Shown piece after piece: positions 32,304 to 40,680 of a DNA stretch of 41,256 bases (position 1 is its first letter; each line of letters begins with the position of its first letter). The position numbers and the translations under genes were made by a program. This stretch comes from an uncultured bacterium (GTDB lineage Bacteria; Cyanobacteriota; Cyanobacteriia; Phormidesmidales; Phormidesmidaceae): the NCBI GenBank assembly GCA_964635665.1, contig CAZWNR010000001.1:1-41256 (forward strand), read 5' to 3'. The notes under the pieces are model-generated. The model was not told where the DNA came from. It saw nothing but the letters and a program-made list of their open reading frames with translations, and ran no database searches.

Positions 32304-33026
32304 GCTACGTTGTTGCCAAATCATTAGGAGGCCACTGAGGGCCACAAAGGCGTACACCAATTGCCGAAATTGCTGGGTTGAGAGCTTGGTGAGCACGATT
32401 TTGCCAAGCCAGTTCGCCGGAATCGCACCAAGGCCGATAACTAGCCCATAGGCCAGATACTTCAGACTGAGAGTGCCCAGCCCGGCATAGGCCACAATTT
32501 TGAGCACATGGAGGGCAACCTTATGGACGGCTTTGGTAGCCACCATGGCTTCCTTTTCTAGGCCGTAACCCAGGTAAAGTGGGTTCATCACTGGGCCAGT
32601 ACTGCCAATCAGCCCTGACCCAATGGCGTTGACCAAGGCGTAGGGTAAAAAGTGCCACTCTTTGACGGTAAATTGTGACTCTTTCTTGCCTAGAATTTCG
32701 TTGAGAAACATCACTATAAGACCAAGGCCTAGCACCAATTGAAGCCCCTCGGCATGAACCTGGGTGAGACCGTAGCAACCAATGATCGATCCGACCGCTG
32801 CCCCTGGGATATACCAGCGGGTCAGGGACCAGTCGATGTGGGGCCAGAGTAGAAATCCCCGTTGGGCATTCCCGACTAGGAGACCAATGGTAATCACGGG
32901 TGCAACGGCTTGGGTTCCTAGGAGGAGTGAAATGAGTGGAATCAGAATAAAAGGGCTGCCACCGCCCGCCAACATGCTGACGAACCAGGCCACAGCACTG
33001 GTAATGAACAGATAAAACGCGATCAT
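32286..33026 (-). CDS. Sulfite exporter TauE/SafE family membrane protein
   Basis: Hydrophobic protein with SMLAGGGSPFILIP and GSGLIGSTGP internal repeats and MVATKA. Likely start ATG 33026. Overlaps the nuclease 3' end by 18 nt. Confidence 0.85.
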   Translation of the reverse strand: MIAFYLFITSAVAWFVSMLAGGGSPFILIPLISLLLGTQAVAPVITIGLLVGNAQRGFLLWPHIDWSLTRWYIPGAAVGSIIGCYGLTQVHAEGLQLVLGLGLIVMFLNEILGKKESQFTVKEWHFLPYALVNAIGSGLIGSTGPVMNPLYLGYGLEKEAMVATKAVHKVALHVLKIVAYAGLGTLSLKYLAYGLVIGLGAIPANWLGKIVLTKLSTQQFRQLVYAFVALSGLLMIWQQRSLITFW

Positions 33027-33194
33027 GTTCGCAGGTGGCAAAGGCGAATTAAGTTTCTTTACCTGATCTTAAGTTTAGAGGCTTGACCTATCTCCTGACT
33101 ACCGCATTCTAAAGGCTTTGATCGAGAGTTGGGCGAGATTGGCTAGAGTATGTCCTGGGAGAGTCCTGCATCTTGCATCTATCGAAAAGGGTCA

Positions 33195-35651
33195 ATGCCT
33201 ATGGCTGAAGCTTCGGAACCACAAGATCCGTCCCGTCGCTCTGGGGATGAACTCATACCAGCGAAGGCCACCGTGGCGGCGGATTTGTATCGTCAAGGCG
33301 TAGCCGCGTTTAAGCAAGGACTTCACCAGAAGGCGCTGGGGTATTTTCAGCAACTCGTTCACCTTCCAACCGCCACGGTGGCGTGGCGGTTGAAGGGGCG
33401 CATGGGGTTAATTACAACCCAGCATCGACTGGGGCAAATCGAGCAAGCCCGTGAGGGATGCCAGCTTGTGTTGGCGAGCAACATCCCCGAAGCACAGCGA
33501 TGGGCTGAGTCGATGTTGGCCCAACTGCCGCCCCTAGAAACGGCGTTACCGACGGCGACGGAGCCATATTCTGGGGCAGATCCCACGGGATTCATGCCCT
33601 TAGAACCGTCATCCACACCGTCACCTGCACCGTTGGCCACCTATGGATCCGCCGTCCCGGTCGCTCACCAACCCCCAGGCTTATCAGTCAGCCCTCCGAA
33701 GCCTCCACCCCCCACCTCAGAACAAGGGGGCATTGGCAGTGGAGCCAGTGCGCCACCCATGGGGCCATCCCTGTTCCATTACCAAAGCCTTAATCAGAAC
33801 ACTCCTGACCACCCAGAAGACAATCCCCCGCCCCCGGAGCCGAACAGCCAGGGCTTCACGGCTTCCAGTGCTAGCAATCCCAACAACGCCACCCCGACAC
33901 CATCCAAAACCACCCCATCCCAGCGGGTGCAGCGTCCCCTCCCCTTACCAACGCCCTACGGGCTATGGACCGCTCAGATGATTACGACCCTGGTAGTGCT
34001 GTGGGTAACGATAACGGGACTGCATGGGCTGCTGCGCGGTGTGAATACCTTACTACGTCAGGTAACCTGGCCCCTCAATCTAGGGGGGCTAGCCTGGCTA
34101 GATCGGGACTATACCGTGCCAGTAACCATCCTCTTTGTGAGCCTGATATTGAGTAGTCCCTGGTGGATGGATAGCCTGCTTACCCAGGTCTACAGCCAGC
34201 GGCCCCTCACACCCCGCCAGCTGCAAGGGCAACACCCAGAGTTCCTGCGGCAGTTGCGCCAGCGGTGCCAGCAGCAGGGCTGGTACCTGCCGGAGTTGCG
34301 CCTTCTGCCCGATGAGGTACCCCTGTGTTTCAGCTATGGTTGGCGACCGCGTCATCTGCGAATTGTAATCAGCCAAGGCCTACTCAATAGCAGCGATCCA
34401 GAGATACTGGATACCCTGTGCGCTTACGAGCTAGCCCACATGATGAACCGTTCAACAGCGGTTATCTCTGGATTGGGGGGCCTGCTACTGGCCCTACATA
34501 CCCTCTACAGACAGTTGGCCTTGACCGGGGAACGTTCCTCCGGCTGGCCAACCTTGCTTATCAAGATCTTGGCTCAGGTTTTCTACGGCCTCTTTTGGAG
34601 TCTGCGACGGGGAGTGCTTTGGCTTTCCAGGCTTCGCAGCGATTGGGCCGACCGCCGGGTCGATGCCCTGCTCCAGCGCCCCGATCTTCAACAACGCAGC
34701 CTAGGTTGGCTGGCCCGCCAGCTTCCGGCCCACCTCGTGCAGAAGGGCACCTTGCCCGCCCTCTGGTGGAGCTTAGATGTGCTGATGCCCCTCAGCCCCC
34801 ATGCTGCTCTCAGCCCTGGCAGTTTTTGCCCCGATTTGGGAGAAGCCGCCACGGTTCTCAACGACTGGGCCAACCCCTATCGCCACTGGCTCGTTGGGGG
34901 ATCCTCCCATGTCCCCCTGGGGGAACGTCTGCTCTGGCTCAGCCAGCGGGCGCTCCACCGCCAACAGCCAGCCCTTAACTTGGCAGAATCGATGACGGCG
35001 CTCCCACCCGTCCTCTCTGTTTCTCGGCTCATGCTTCAAAAAAGCCCCGTCCTGGGGTTGCTCCTCGGCGGGGGCATAGCCCTAGGGTTTTGGTTTATCG
35101 GAGGCCTAGTCATGCGGTTTGGCTGGCAGCGCCTAAGCTGGTGGTACCAGGACACCAGCTTGTTATACGGAGGAATTTTACTAGGACTAGGGCTAGGGCT
35201 ATTGGTTCGGATCAATACCCTCTACCCCGACATCCCCTCCACGCAGGCGACATCTGATTCCCGTCGCCTCCTGGGGGCTATCGATCAACTGCCCGTGGAG
35301 GGAGAACCCTGCCAGCTATCGGGCACCCTAATCGGATCCTTAGATGCCCCCCAGGGACAAAATACCTACCTAGCCACCCTAGGTGGTGTCGTAAAACTCG
35401 GTTTTTCTTCTCCGCAGCCGGGGCTGTGGGACCTGCGCCAAAGACCATCCCTCCTTAGGCAATGGACTGGACGACCCGTCATGGTATCGGGCTGGCGGCG
35501 GCGAAGTGATGGCATTCTATGGCTAGATGTCGCCACAATTGGCCTAGCCTCCCAGCGACAATCGGTCACCATTGCAGCCCCTGTGTGGGCCACCCTAGTC
35601 AGCCTAGGGCTTTGCCTAGGGGGCATTTTCATTATCTGGACAGGGTTCTAG
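33195..35651 (+). CDS. Membrane protein with N-terminal TPR, Pro-rich linker and degenerate M48/HtpX-like peptidase domain
   Basis: TPR-like YRQGVAAFKQG segment; PELRLL...PLCFSYG...RIVISQGLL...YELAH; several TM helices. Start uncertain (33150, 33195 or 33201). Confidence 0.72.
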   Translation: MPMAEASEPQDPSRRSGDELIPAKATVAADLYRQGVAAFKQGLHQKALGYFQQLVHLPTATVAWRLKGRMGLITTQHRLGQIEQAREGCQLVLASNIPEAQRWAESMLAQLPPLETALPTATEPYSGADPTGFMPLEPSSTPSPAPLATYGSAVPVAHQPPGLSVSPPKPPPPTSEQGGIGSGASAPPMGPSLFHYQSLNQNTPDHPEDNPPPPEPNSQGFTASSASNPNNATPTPSKTTPSQRVQRPLPLPTPYGLWTAQMITTLVVLWVTITGLHGLLRGVNTLLRQVTWPLNLGGLAWLDRDYTVPVTILFVSLILSSPWWMDSLLTQVYSQRPLTPRQLQGQHPEFLRQLRQRCQQQGWYLPELRLLPDEVPLCFSYGWRPRHLRIVISQGLLNSSDPEILDTLCAYELAHMMNRSTAVISGLGGLLLALHTLYRQLALTGERSSGWPTLLIKILAQVFYGLFWSLRRGVLWLSRLRSDWADRRVDALLQRPDLQQRSLGWLARQLPAHLVQKGTLPALWWSLDVLMPLSPHAALSPGSFCPDLGEAATVLNDWANPYRHWLVGGSSHVPLGERLLWLSQRALHRQQPALNLAESMTALPPVLSVSRLMLQKSPVLGLLLGGGIALGFWFIGGLVMRFGWQRLSWWYQDTSLLYGGILLGLGLGLLVRINTLYPDIPSTQATSDSRRLLGAIDQLPVEGEPCQLSGTLIGSLDAPQGQNTYLATLGGVVKLGFSSPQPGLWDLRQRPSLLRQWTGRPVMVSGWRRRSDGILWLDVATIGLASQRQSVTIAAPVWATLVSLGLCLGGIFIIWTGF

Positions 35652-35732
35652 GGTTCGGATCAGCCCCGCGACATTGCCTGAAGCCCCGCCCAATCAACCT
35701 AGGTGTAGATTTTCACGCGTGCTTATAGCATG

Positions 35733-35771
35733 TTGCGAAATGCCCGCACTAATGTTACATTTATTTACGAA
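35733..35771 (+). promoter_or_regulatory. Promoter overlapped by an HLR1 (RpaB-binding) direct repeat
   Basis: TTGCGA (35733-35738), 17 bp, TACATT (35756-35761) with an extended -10 TG. GTTACATT-ta-TTTACGAA (35754-35771) fits (G/T)TTACA(T/A)(T/A)-N2-repeat with one mismatch. Confidence 0.65.
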
Positions 35772-35896
35772 ATCCGATGCCTTCGTTTGCCCGGCTAGTT
35801 CAGGGTTGGACTGGACGATAGTTTAGTGTTCGTAGGTATCAGGTTCTCCTACTCTCAACACAGCAAATGAGCCAGCCTGAAAGGGCTGGTTTTTAT
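35768..35896 (+). ncRNA. Candidate ~130-nt trans-acting sRNA (PsrR1-like architecture)
   Basis: Own promoter, 5' hairpin (CTAGTTCA-gggt-TGGACTGG), unpaired CU-rich anti-SD segment (TTCTCCTACTCTC), intrinsic terminator, no sizeable ORF. Family identity not verified. Confidence 0.55.
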
Positions 35897-35898
35897 TT
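35869..35898 (+). terminator. Rho-independent terminator of the candidate sRNA
   Basis: GCCAGCCT-GAAA-GGGCTGGT followed by TTTTATTT. Confidence 0.82.
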
Positions 35899-36153
35899 AG
35901 ACGGTGGATCAAGTTTTTAGCGGCTCTCGTACAACCCCTAATCCCGTGTTACCTTAATAAATGGTTCGACCGGGGAATCAACGACGTTTATCACAGTATT
36001 ACGGCCATCCCCCGTCGTGGGCTTATTTCCTTTCAGGAAACCAAATTTTTAGGTATCAGGTTGCCGATGTTGACCGCCACGCTTAGGCCTGGCAGTCTTC
36101 TCTGCCTGTATAGATGCTGGTTTAGATTGTTGGAACACGAGAGGTATCTTAAG

Positions 36154-36594
36154 ATGTCAATCCGCCTTTATGTTGGCAATCTCTCTAGAGATTTGCAGCG
36201 CCCAGATTTTGAAAACGTATTTGCTAGCTACAACGACGATCTGGTGTCTGTAAAGCTAATTTCCGACAAGAAAACTGGTAAATGTCGGGGGTTTGGGTTT
36301 GTAACCGTCAAAACCGAAGAGAAGGCCGACGAGATTGTTGATCAACTCAATGGTCAGGTGCTAGAAGAACTGCCTATGAAGATTGAGAAGGCTTTGCCTC
36401 GCACCAAGGCTGAACCTGAGGCCGAAGTTCGAGAAAACAGCGGCGGCAACAAGCGCGCGCGCAGCAATAGCCGCAAACCTGCCGCCTCAACGACGGTATC
36501 TTCGGCGAGCACGGCAGCTCAACCCGATCCACGCTGGGCCAACCAACTGGAGCAACTGAAGGCGATGTTGGCCGCTCAAACCACAGCCTCCTAA
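36154..36594 (+). CDS. RRM RNA-binding protein (long-tailed Rbp3/RbpG-like class)
   Basis: RNP2 LYVGNL, RNP1 RGFGFVTV, C-terminal PDPRWA motif; start ATG 36154 with GAGG upstream. Confidence 0.92.
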   Translation: MSIRLYVGNLSRDLQRPDFENVFASYNDDLVSVKLISDKKTGKCRGFGFVTVKTEEKADEIVDQLNGQVLEELPMKIEKALPRTKAEPEAEVRENSGGNKRARSNSRKPAASTTVSSASTAAQPDPRWANQLEQLKAMLAAQTTAS

Positions 36595-36635
36595 GCAGGT
36601 TGCCCTAGACGCCCTAGGCTAGCTGTATCTCCTCT

Positions 36636-36665
36636 AACCGCTGAGTACAAGATTCGGCGGTTTTT
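36636..36665 (+). terminator. Rho-independent terminator after the rbp gene
   Basis: AACCGCTGAGT-acaag-ATTCGGCGGTT followed by a T run. Confidence 0.75.
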
Positions 36666-36762
36666 GTTTAGATGGGTTGTTTTTCACAGGCTGTTTGACG
36701 TTGCTGCGCCCCATACTGGCTGATTCTCCTCAAGTTGGGTGGGCGAAGCAGCGATCTCTCCC

Positions 36763-39012
36763 CTAGGTAGGATCGGTCAGATTGTCGACAACCTCCTCGG
36801 TGGCCGCTCCTAGCAGAGTCAGGAGGGGGCCAACCTGTTCTTGGCCGCTCACCGCTAGGTCGCTGTGGCAAAGGAAGACCCGTTCCGTCACTCGGCCTAG
36901 GAGGTCGTGGAGGGTGCGCTCTAGGCGGGCCTGGTGGAGGGCTTCTAGGTCGTCGCTGCGCCAGGGGCATCCGGCGTAGGAGGACAAAAAAATAGGAAAG
37001 CCAAACAGGCTATCGGCGGCCATCCAGCGGGGCGACCCCACATCTAGCCAAAAGTGCCAGCGGTGGCGGGGCCGTTGTAATCGATACTGAAACACCGTGG
37101 CCAAGGTCACCCCCTGCTGGGCGGGGTCAAGGGGCTGGGAGGGGTAGGGGTTCGCGGACACAGTGCCCTGGCGCAGCAGCGTAATGAATCGTTCCGGGGC
37201 GCTTTTTTCTGGCATCAGCGTTGCCTTGGGCGCTACGGTAGTGGAGTTCGCTCCATCGACCCAGCCCGCTAGGTCACCCCAACCTGCTCCCTTTCCCGAT
37301 CTATCCGATCTGCGAGGTGATTGGGGTTCGCGCTGGCGCAGTTGGTTGTCCACGGTCCAATATTGCTGGGCGGTTTCCACCAGTTCCCGCAGGGCAGTGA
37401 GTTGGTCTGATGGGAGGTGATGGCCGCCGCCGTAGAAGGTTTGAATGGCCCGATCCAAAAAGCCCACCACCCCAGGGATAAAGCGCTGCTGTTGTTGCTC
37501 CTGCTGTTGGGCAATCCACTGACGCAGGTGGTTATAGCATTGAGTGGCCCGATAACCGAGGCGATACCAGCGTTCAAACCGCTCTACGGGCAGCAATTGG
37601 GGCCGATCAAGCTGGGGCGCAAAGCAGTGATCCACCAGTAACTCCGCCCGCACGGGGTCAATTTGCACGGTGTCGAACCAGGGGGCCACATCGGGGGACT
37701 GGGGACGCTGGCTTAGGACGACCAGCATTTCCGCCACGGCATCCGCATCGGCCAAATGCCCCAGATTCGGGTAAACAAAGGTGATCAGGGTGAGTAAGGC
37801 CCGCACAAGGGGCGAGTGAATCAGGGGCCGCTGGTCGTTCAACGATGCCACAGGAATGCCATGGCCCAGCAAAATCTCCGCCAGAGTGTAGCGGGCAATA
37901 GTGTCTAACCCTGGCCCCACAATGGCAATGTCCCCAGGGGACACCTGTTTTGAGGTGACGGCCTCGGCAATCACTTCCCCCACCTGTCGCAGCAGTGCCC
38001 CTCGCGAGATGGTTTGAATACTGTGAAAAGCCTCCAGCGGTGTCGGTAAGGCCAAGGGGTTCATAGCCCATTCCACCACGGTATCGGCCCAAGGGTTCGC
38101 TAGGGTGCCCTCCGGCAGGGGCAGGGTTTTCACGACGGCACAGTCCTGCCGCAGGGTTTCTAGCCGATCCGGGTCAGTTCGCACACCGAGACGCACCTTA
38201 CCATGGGGGTTCCAGGTGAGGGCCACAGGTCGGTTTTGGTCGATAAACACCCGTAGCCATGCGGCGGTAACGGCGGGGTACTCGTCCAGATCATCGACCC
38301 ACAGGCCGCCATAGCGGGCCAGCAGTTTTTCTTGGTAGAGGGGATGGGGTAGCAGGTAGCGCCAGTAGAGTTCCGTCATTACCCCGTAGGTAAGCAGGCT
38401 GTGGTTGAGGCACCAATCACGCCACGCCACCACCGCCTCTCCCACGGTGCGCCACACCGCCTCTGGGGCAAAACCCGCAGGCATTCCCTCCGGCAGCAGA
38501 GTGGGCAAGTCCTCCGCTGGAATCATCGCTGAGGCCGCCATGTTGAAAAAGTCTAGGGCGCAGCTTACCGTCTGGGTTTCCGACCAGCCTTCAATCGTCA
38601 TGGATCCATCCCGCAGCCGTTCCTGCCAAAATCGGGTGGCGAATTCCTCTTCGTTTTCGGGCCGCAGCAGCAGCGGAAATTGCGGCATTGGCCCCAGGTG
38701 AGGTACTAGCAAGGGCCAAAAGAGGGTCACCTCATCCTGAATAAAGCCACTGGGTGTTGTGGTGACCACAGGAATGCGGCCCTGAAGCCGAGTGGCCAGG
38801 TAATCCGCCAAATACAGTCGATTATCGCCAATGGCCGCAAAGACCAGCATCGTTTGCCCCGGTGCCAGGGGGGAAGGCAGTTTCGAATCAGCCCAGGCCA
38901 GGAGCTGATCCACCAGCCAGGCGGTTTTACCACTGCCGGTCGGCCCCTCACACCAGCGCGGCCAGCCTTTTGCGGTGGCTTGGGAATTCTGGGAACCAGA
39001 GGAGACAGCCAT
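36763..39012 (-). CDS. P-loop protein, degenerate SF1 (UvrD/AddB-like) helicase-type, function unknown
   Basis: 749-aa ORF; N-terminal Walker A GPTGSGKT, Walker B-like WVDDLDE, and SF1-like blocks SPGDIAIV and GVTLATVFQYR. Confidence 0.6.
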   Translation of the reverse strand: MAVSSGSQNSQATAKGWPRWCEGPTGSGKTAWLVDQLLAWADSKLPSPLAPGQTMLVFAAIGDNRLYLADYLATRLQGRIPVVTTTPSGFIQDEVTLFWPLLVPHLGPMPQFPLLLRPENEEEFATRFWQERLRDGSMTIEGWSETQTVSCALDFFNMAASAMIPAEDLPTLLPEGMPAGFAPEAVWRTVGEAVVAWRDWCLNHSLLTYGVMTELYWRYLLPHPLYQEKLLARYGGLWVDDLDEYPAVTAAWLRVFIDQNRPVALTWNPHGKVRLGVRTDPDRLETLRQDCAVVKTLPLPEGTLANPWADTVVEWAMNPLALPTPLEAFHSIQTISRGALLRQVGEVIAEAVTSKQVSPGDIAIVGPGLDTIARYTLAEILLGHGIPVASLNDQRPLIHSPLVRALLTLITFVYPNLGHLADADAVAEMLVVLSQRPQSPDVAPWFDTVQIDPVRAELLVDHCFAPQLDRPQLLPVERFERWYRLGYRATQCYNHLRQWIAQQQEQQQQRFIPGVVGFLDRAIQTFYGGGHHLPSDQLTALRELVETAQQYWTVDNQLRQREPQSPRRSDRSGKGAGWGDLAGWVDGANSTTVAPKATLMPEKSAPERFITLLRQGTVSANPYPSQPLDPAQQGVTLATVFQYRLQRPRHRWHFWLDVGSPRWMAADSLFGFPIFLSSYAGCPWRSDDLEALHQARLERTLHDLLGRVTERVFLCHSDLAVSGQEQVGPLLTLLGAATEEVVDNLTDPT

Positions 39013-39056
39013 GGCAACACCGAGGGACAGATCTATAGCCCAACATACCCCATGGC

Positions 39057-39088
39057 AAAACAGGGTAACCCCCGTAAGGGTTACCCTG
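39057..39088 (-). terminator. Rho-independent terminator after psb34
   Basis: Perfect 11-bp stem CAGGGTAACCC / GGGTTACCCTG; AAAA at 39057-39060 gives the U tail on the minus strand. Confidence 0.8.
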
Positions 39089-39128
39089 CTGTCATACTCA
39101 AACCTTGAGGTTCAGGGAACCCTGACCG

Positions 39129-39299
39129 CTATGAAACGGAGATAGCTACCACGAAAAGCCCCACCACCAGCGCCGCTGCCAGCCCGCCCAGGATGATGTA
39201 GTTGCGCTTCTGATTTGCCGTGGGGGGTTCCGCCTCGTACATTTTAGGTTCGTTGGCGAAGTTATTCAGGCGTCCGCCTTCTTCGGTGGTGTAGGGCAT
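39129..39299 (-). CDS. psb34: Photosystem II assembly factor Psb34 (Ssl1498 family; absent from ORF track)
   Basis: Manual translation MPYTTEEGGRLNNFANEPKMYEAEPPTANQKRNYIILGGLAAALVVGLFVVAISVS* (56 aa): Hli-like N-terminus, one TM helix, AAGGA upstream. Confidence 0.9.
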   Translation of the reverse strand: MPYTTEEGGRLNNFANEPKMYEAEPPTANQKRNYIILGGLAAALVVGLFVVAISVS

Positions 39300-39507
39300 T
39301 GTTAAGCATCCTTACTTAAAACTTTGTCTAGCTTAGCAAAGGTTCGAGTAAATCGCCGTGGTGAAATTTACGGGTTAGGAAGGGCTGCATCCAAAGCAGC
39401 ATGGATTGATTGAGGCCGTCATCTCACTACCAACGGACGAAAGGTCAGCCAATTACCCCTTACAGGATTTGAACATCCTGGAGGCGTTTATTGTCCTAGG
39501 TTGCTAT

Positions 39508-39537
39508 CCTAGCGCCATGGAGCCTAGCGCAATGGAG
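39508..39537 (+). repeat. 15-bp tandem duplication upstream of or within the ppk2 5' end
   Basis: CCTAGCGCCATGGAG / CCTAGCGCAATGGAG (14/15 identical). Confidence 0.7.
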
Positions 39538-39552
39538 AATGGGCGAACAACT

Positions 39553-40578
39553 ATGGCAAAGATAAAAGGTAAGGGCAAGGATCAGCTTGGGATCAAGGAT
39601 CGAGAAGACAACTCAGCCGTAGAAATACCTCTCTCACATCCGACTGATTCCCCTTCTGCGGCCCAAGGTAGACTCTCCGAAAATTCCTCCAAGGGCAGAA
39701 AAAAGAGCAAGAGACTCCAGCAGCAAGATCACCATTTGTCAAGCCCATTGGCTCCTGATTGCGCGAACTATCGCTACACCTCAGAATCAGAGGGCAGTTC
39801 TAAATTATCTAAGACTTTCTACGAAAAAGAACTCGCCAAACTGCAAGTAGAATTAGTAAAAATGCAGTATTGGGTAAAGCATACGGGCACCCGAATTGTA
39901 ATTTTATTTGAGGGGCGCGATGCGGCGGGCAAAGGCGGCACCATTAAGCGAATTACCGATCCACTAAATCCAAGGGGCTGTCGAGTAGTAGCCTTAGGAA
40001 CACCCAGCGACCATGAAAAAACCCAGTGGTATTTTCAGCGCTATGTGGCCCATTTACCCGCTGCTGGAGAAATGGTTTGCTTTGACCGTAGTTGGTATAA
40101 CCGAGCTGGTGTTGAGCATGTGATGGGCTTTTGCACCGAGGCAGAATACTACGAATTCATGCAAACCTGCCCCGAATTTGAGCGCATGTTAGTACGGTCA
40201 GGAATCATTTTGCTGAAGTACTGGTTTTCGGTTAGCGATGAGGAACAGGAACGGCGGTTTCAGTCTCGCACCACAGACCCCGCCCGTCGCTGGAAACTGA
40301 GCCCCATGGATTTAGAATCACGGGATCGCTGGATAGAATATTCTCAGGCCAAGGATGCGATGTTTTCCCATACCAATATTCCTGAAGCACCCTGGTTTAC
40401 GGTGGAAGCCGACGACAAAAAACGCGCCCGCCTCAACTGCATTAGCCATATCCTCAGCAAAATCCCCTACGTGGATATCACGCCCCCACCCCTCAAATTA
40501 TCACCTCGGAAAAAAGCACCCCAGGGCTATATTCGGCCTCCCCACAACGAACAATTTTTTGTTCCCAACATATATTGA
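39553..40578 (+). CDS. ppk2: Polyphosphate kinase 2 (single-domain)
   Basis: Walker A FEGRDAAGKGG, QWYFQRY, Walker B FDRSWYNR, RWKLSPMD. Start uncertain (39517, 39532 or 39553). Confidence 0.95.
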   Translation: MAKIKGKGKDQLGIKDREDNSAVEIPLSHPTDSPSAAQGRLSENSSKGRKKSKRLQQQDHHLSSPLAPDCANYRYTSESEGSSKLSKTFYEKELAKLQVELVKMQYWVKHTGTRIVILFEGRDAAGKGGTIKRITDPLNPRGCRVVALGTPSDHEKTQWYFQRYVAHLPAAGEMVCFDRSWYNRAGVEHVMGFCTEAEYYEFMQTCPEFERMLVRSGIILLKYWFSVSDEEQERRFQSRTTDPARRWKLSPMDLESRDRWIEYSQAKDAMFSHTNIPEAPWFTVEADDKKRARLNCISHILSKIPYVDITPPPLKLSPRKKAPQGYIRPPHNEQFFVPNIY

Positions 40579-40680
40579 CTTAGTTCCCCATAGGCAAATT
40601 TAAGGGGCACTAAGTCGTTTATCGAAGGTCTTAGATGACGAGGGATAGTCTCATCGCAGCCGCGATCAAAGGCCAGCGAT

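Noticed and set aside
33057-33075. Pho-box-like pair CTTTACCT-gat-CTTAAGTT
   Set aside because: Only two imperfect units in an A/T-rich divergent promoter, with no phosphate-related gene adjacent.
33359-35728. Alternative-frame ORFs inside the TPR/M48 gene (e.g. 34418-34978) as a frameshift or overlapping gene
   Set aside because: The main frame is uninterrupted for over 800 codons, and the alternative frames are Pro/Arg-rich GC artefacts.
35845-35862. Resemblance of the sRNA core to the Yfr1 motif ACUCCUCACAC
   Set aside because: The motif is not matched exactly and the predicted RNA is about twice the size of Yfr1.
39508-39537. 15-bp tandem duplication (PSAME x2) near the ppk2 start as a functional element
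   Set aside because: Two copies only, in a poorly conserved 5' region, with no evidence of function.
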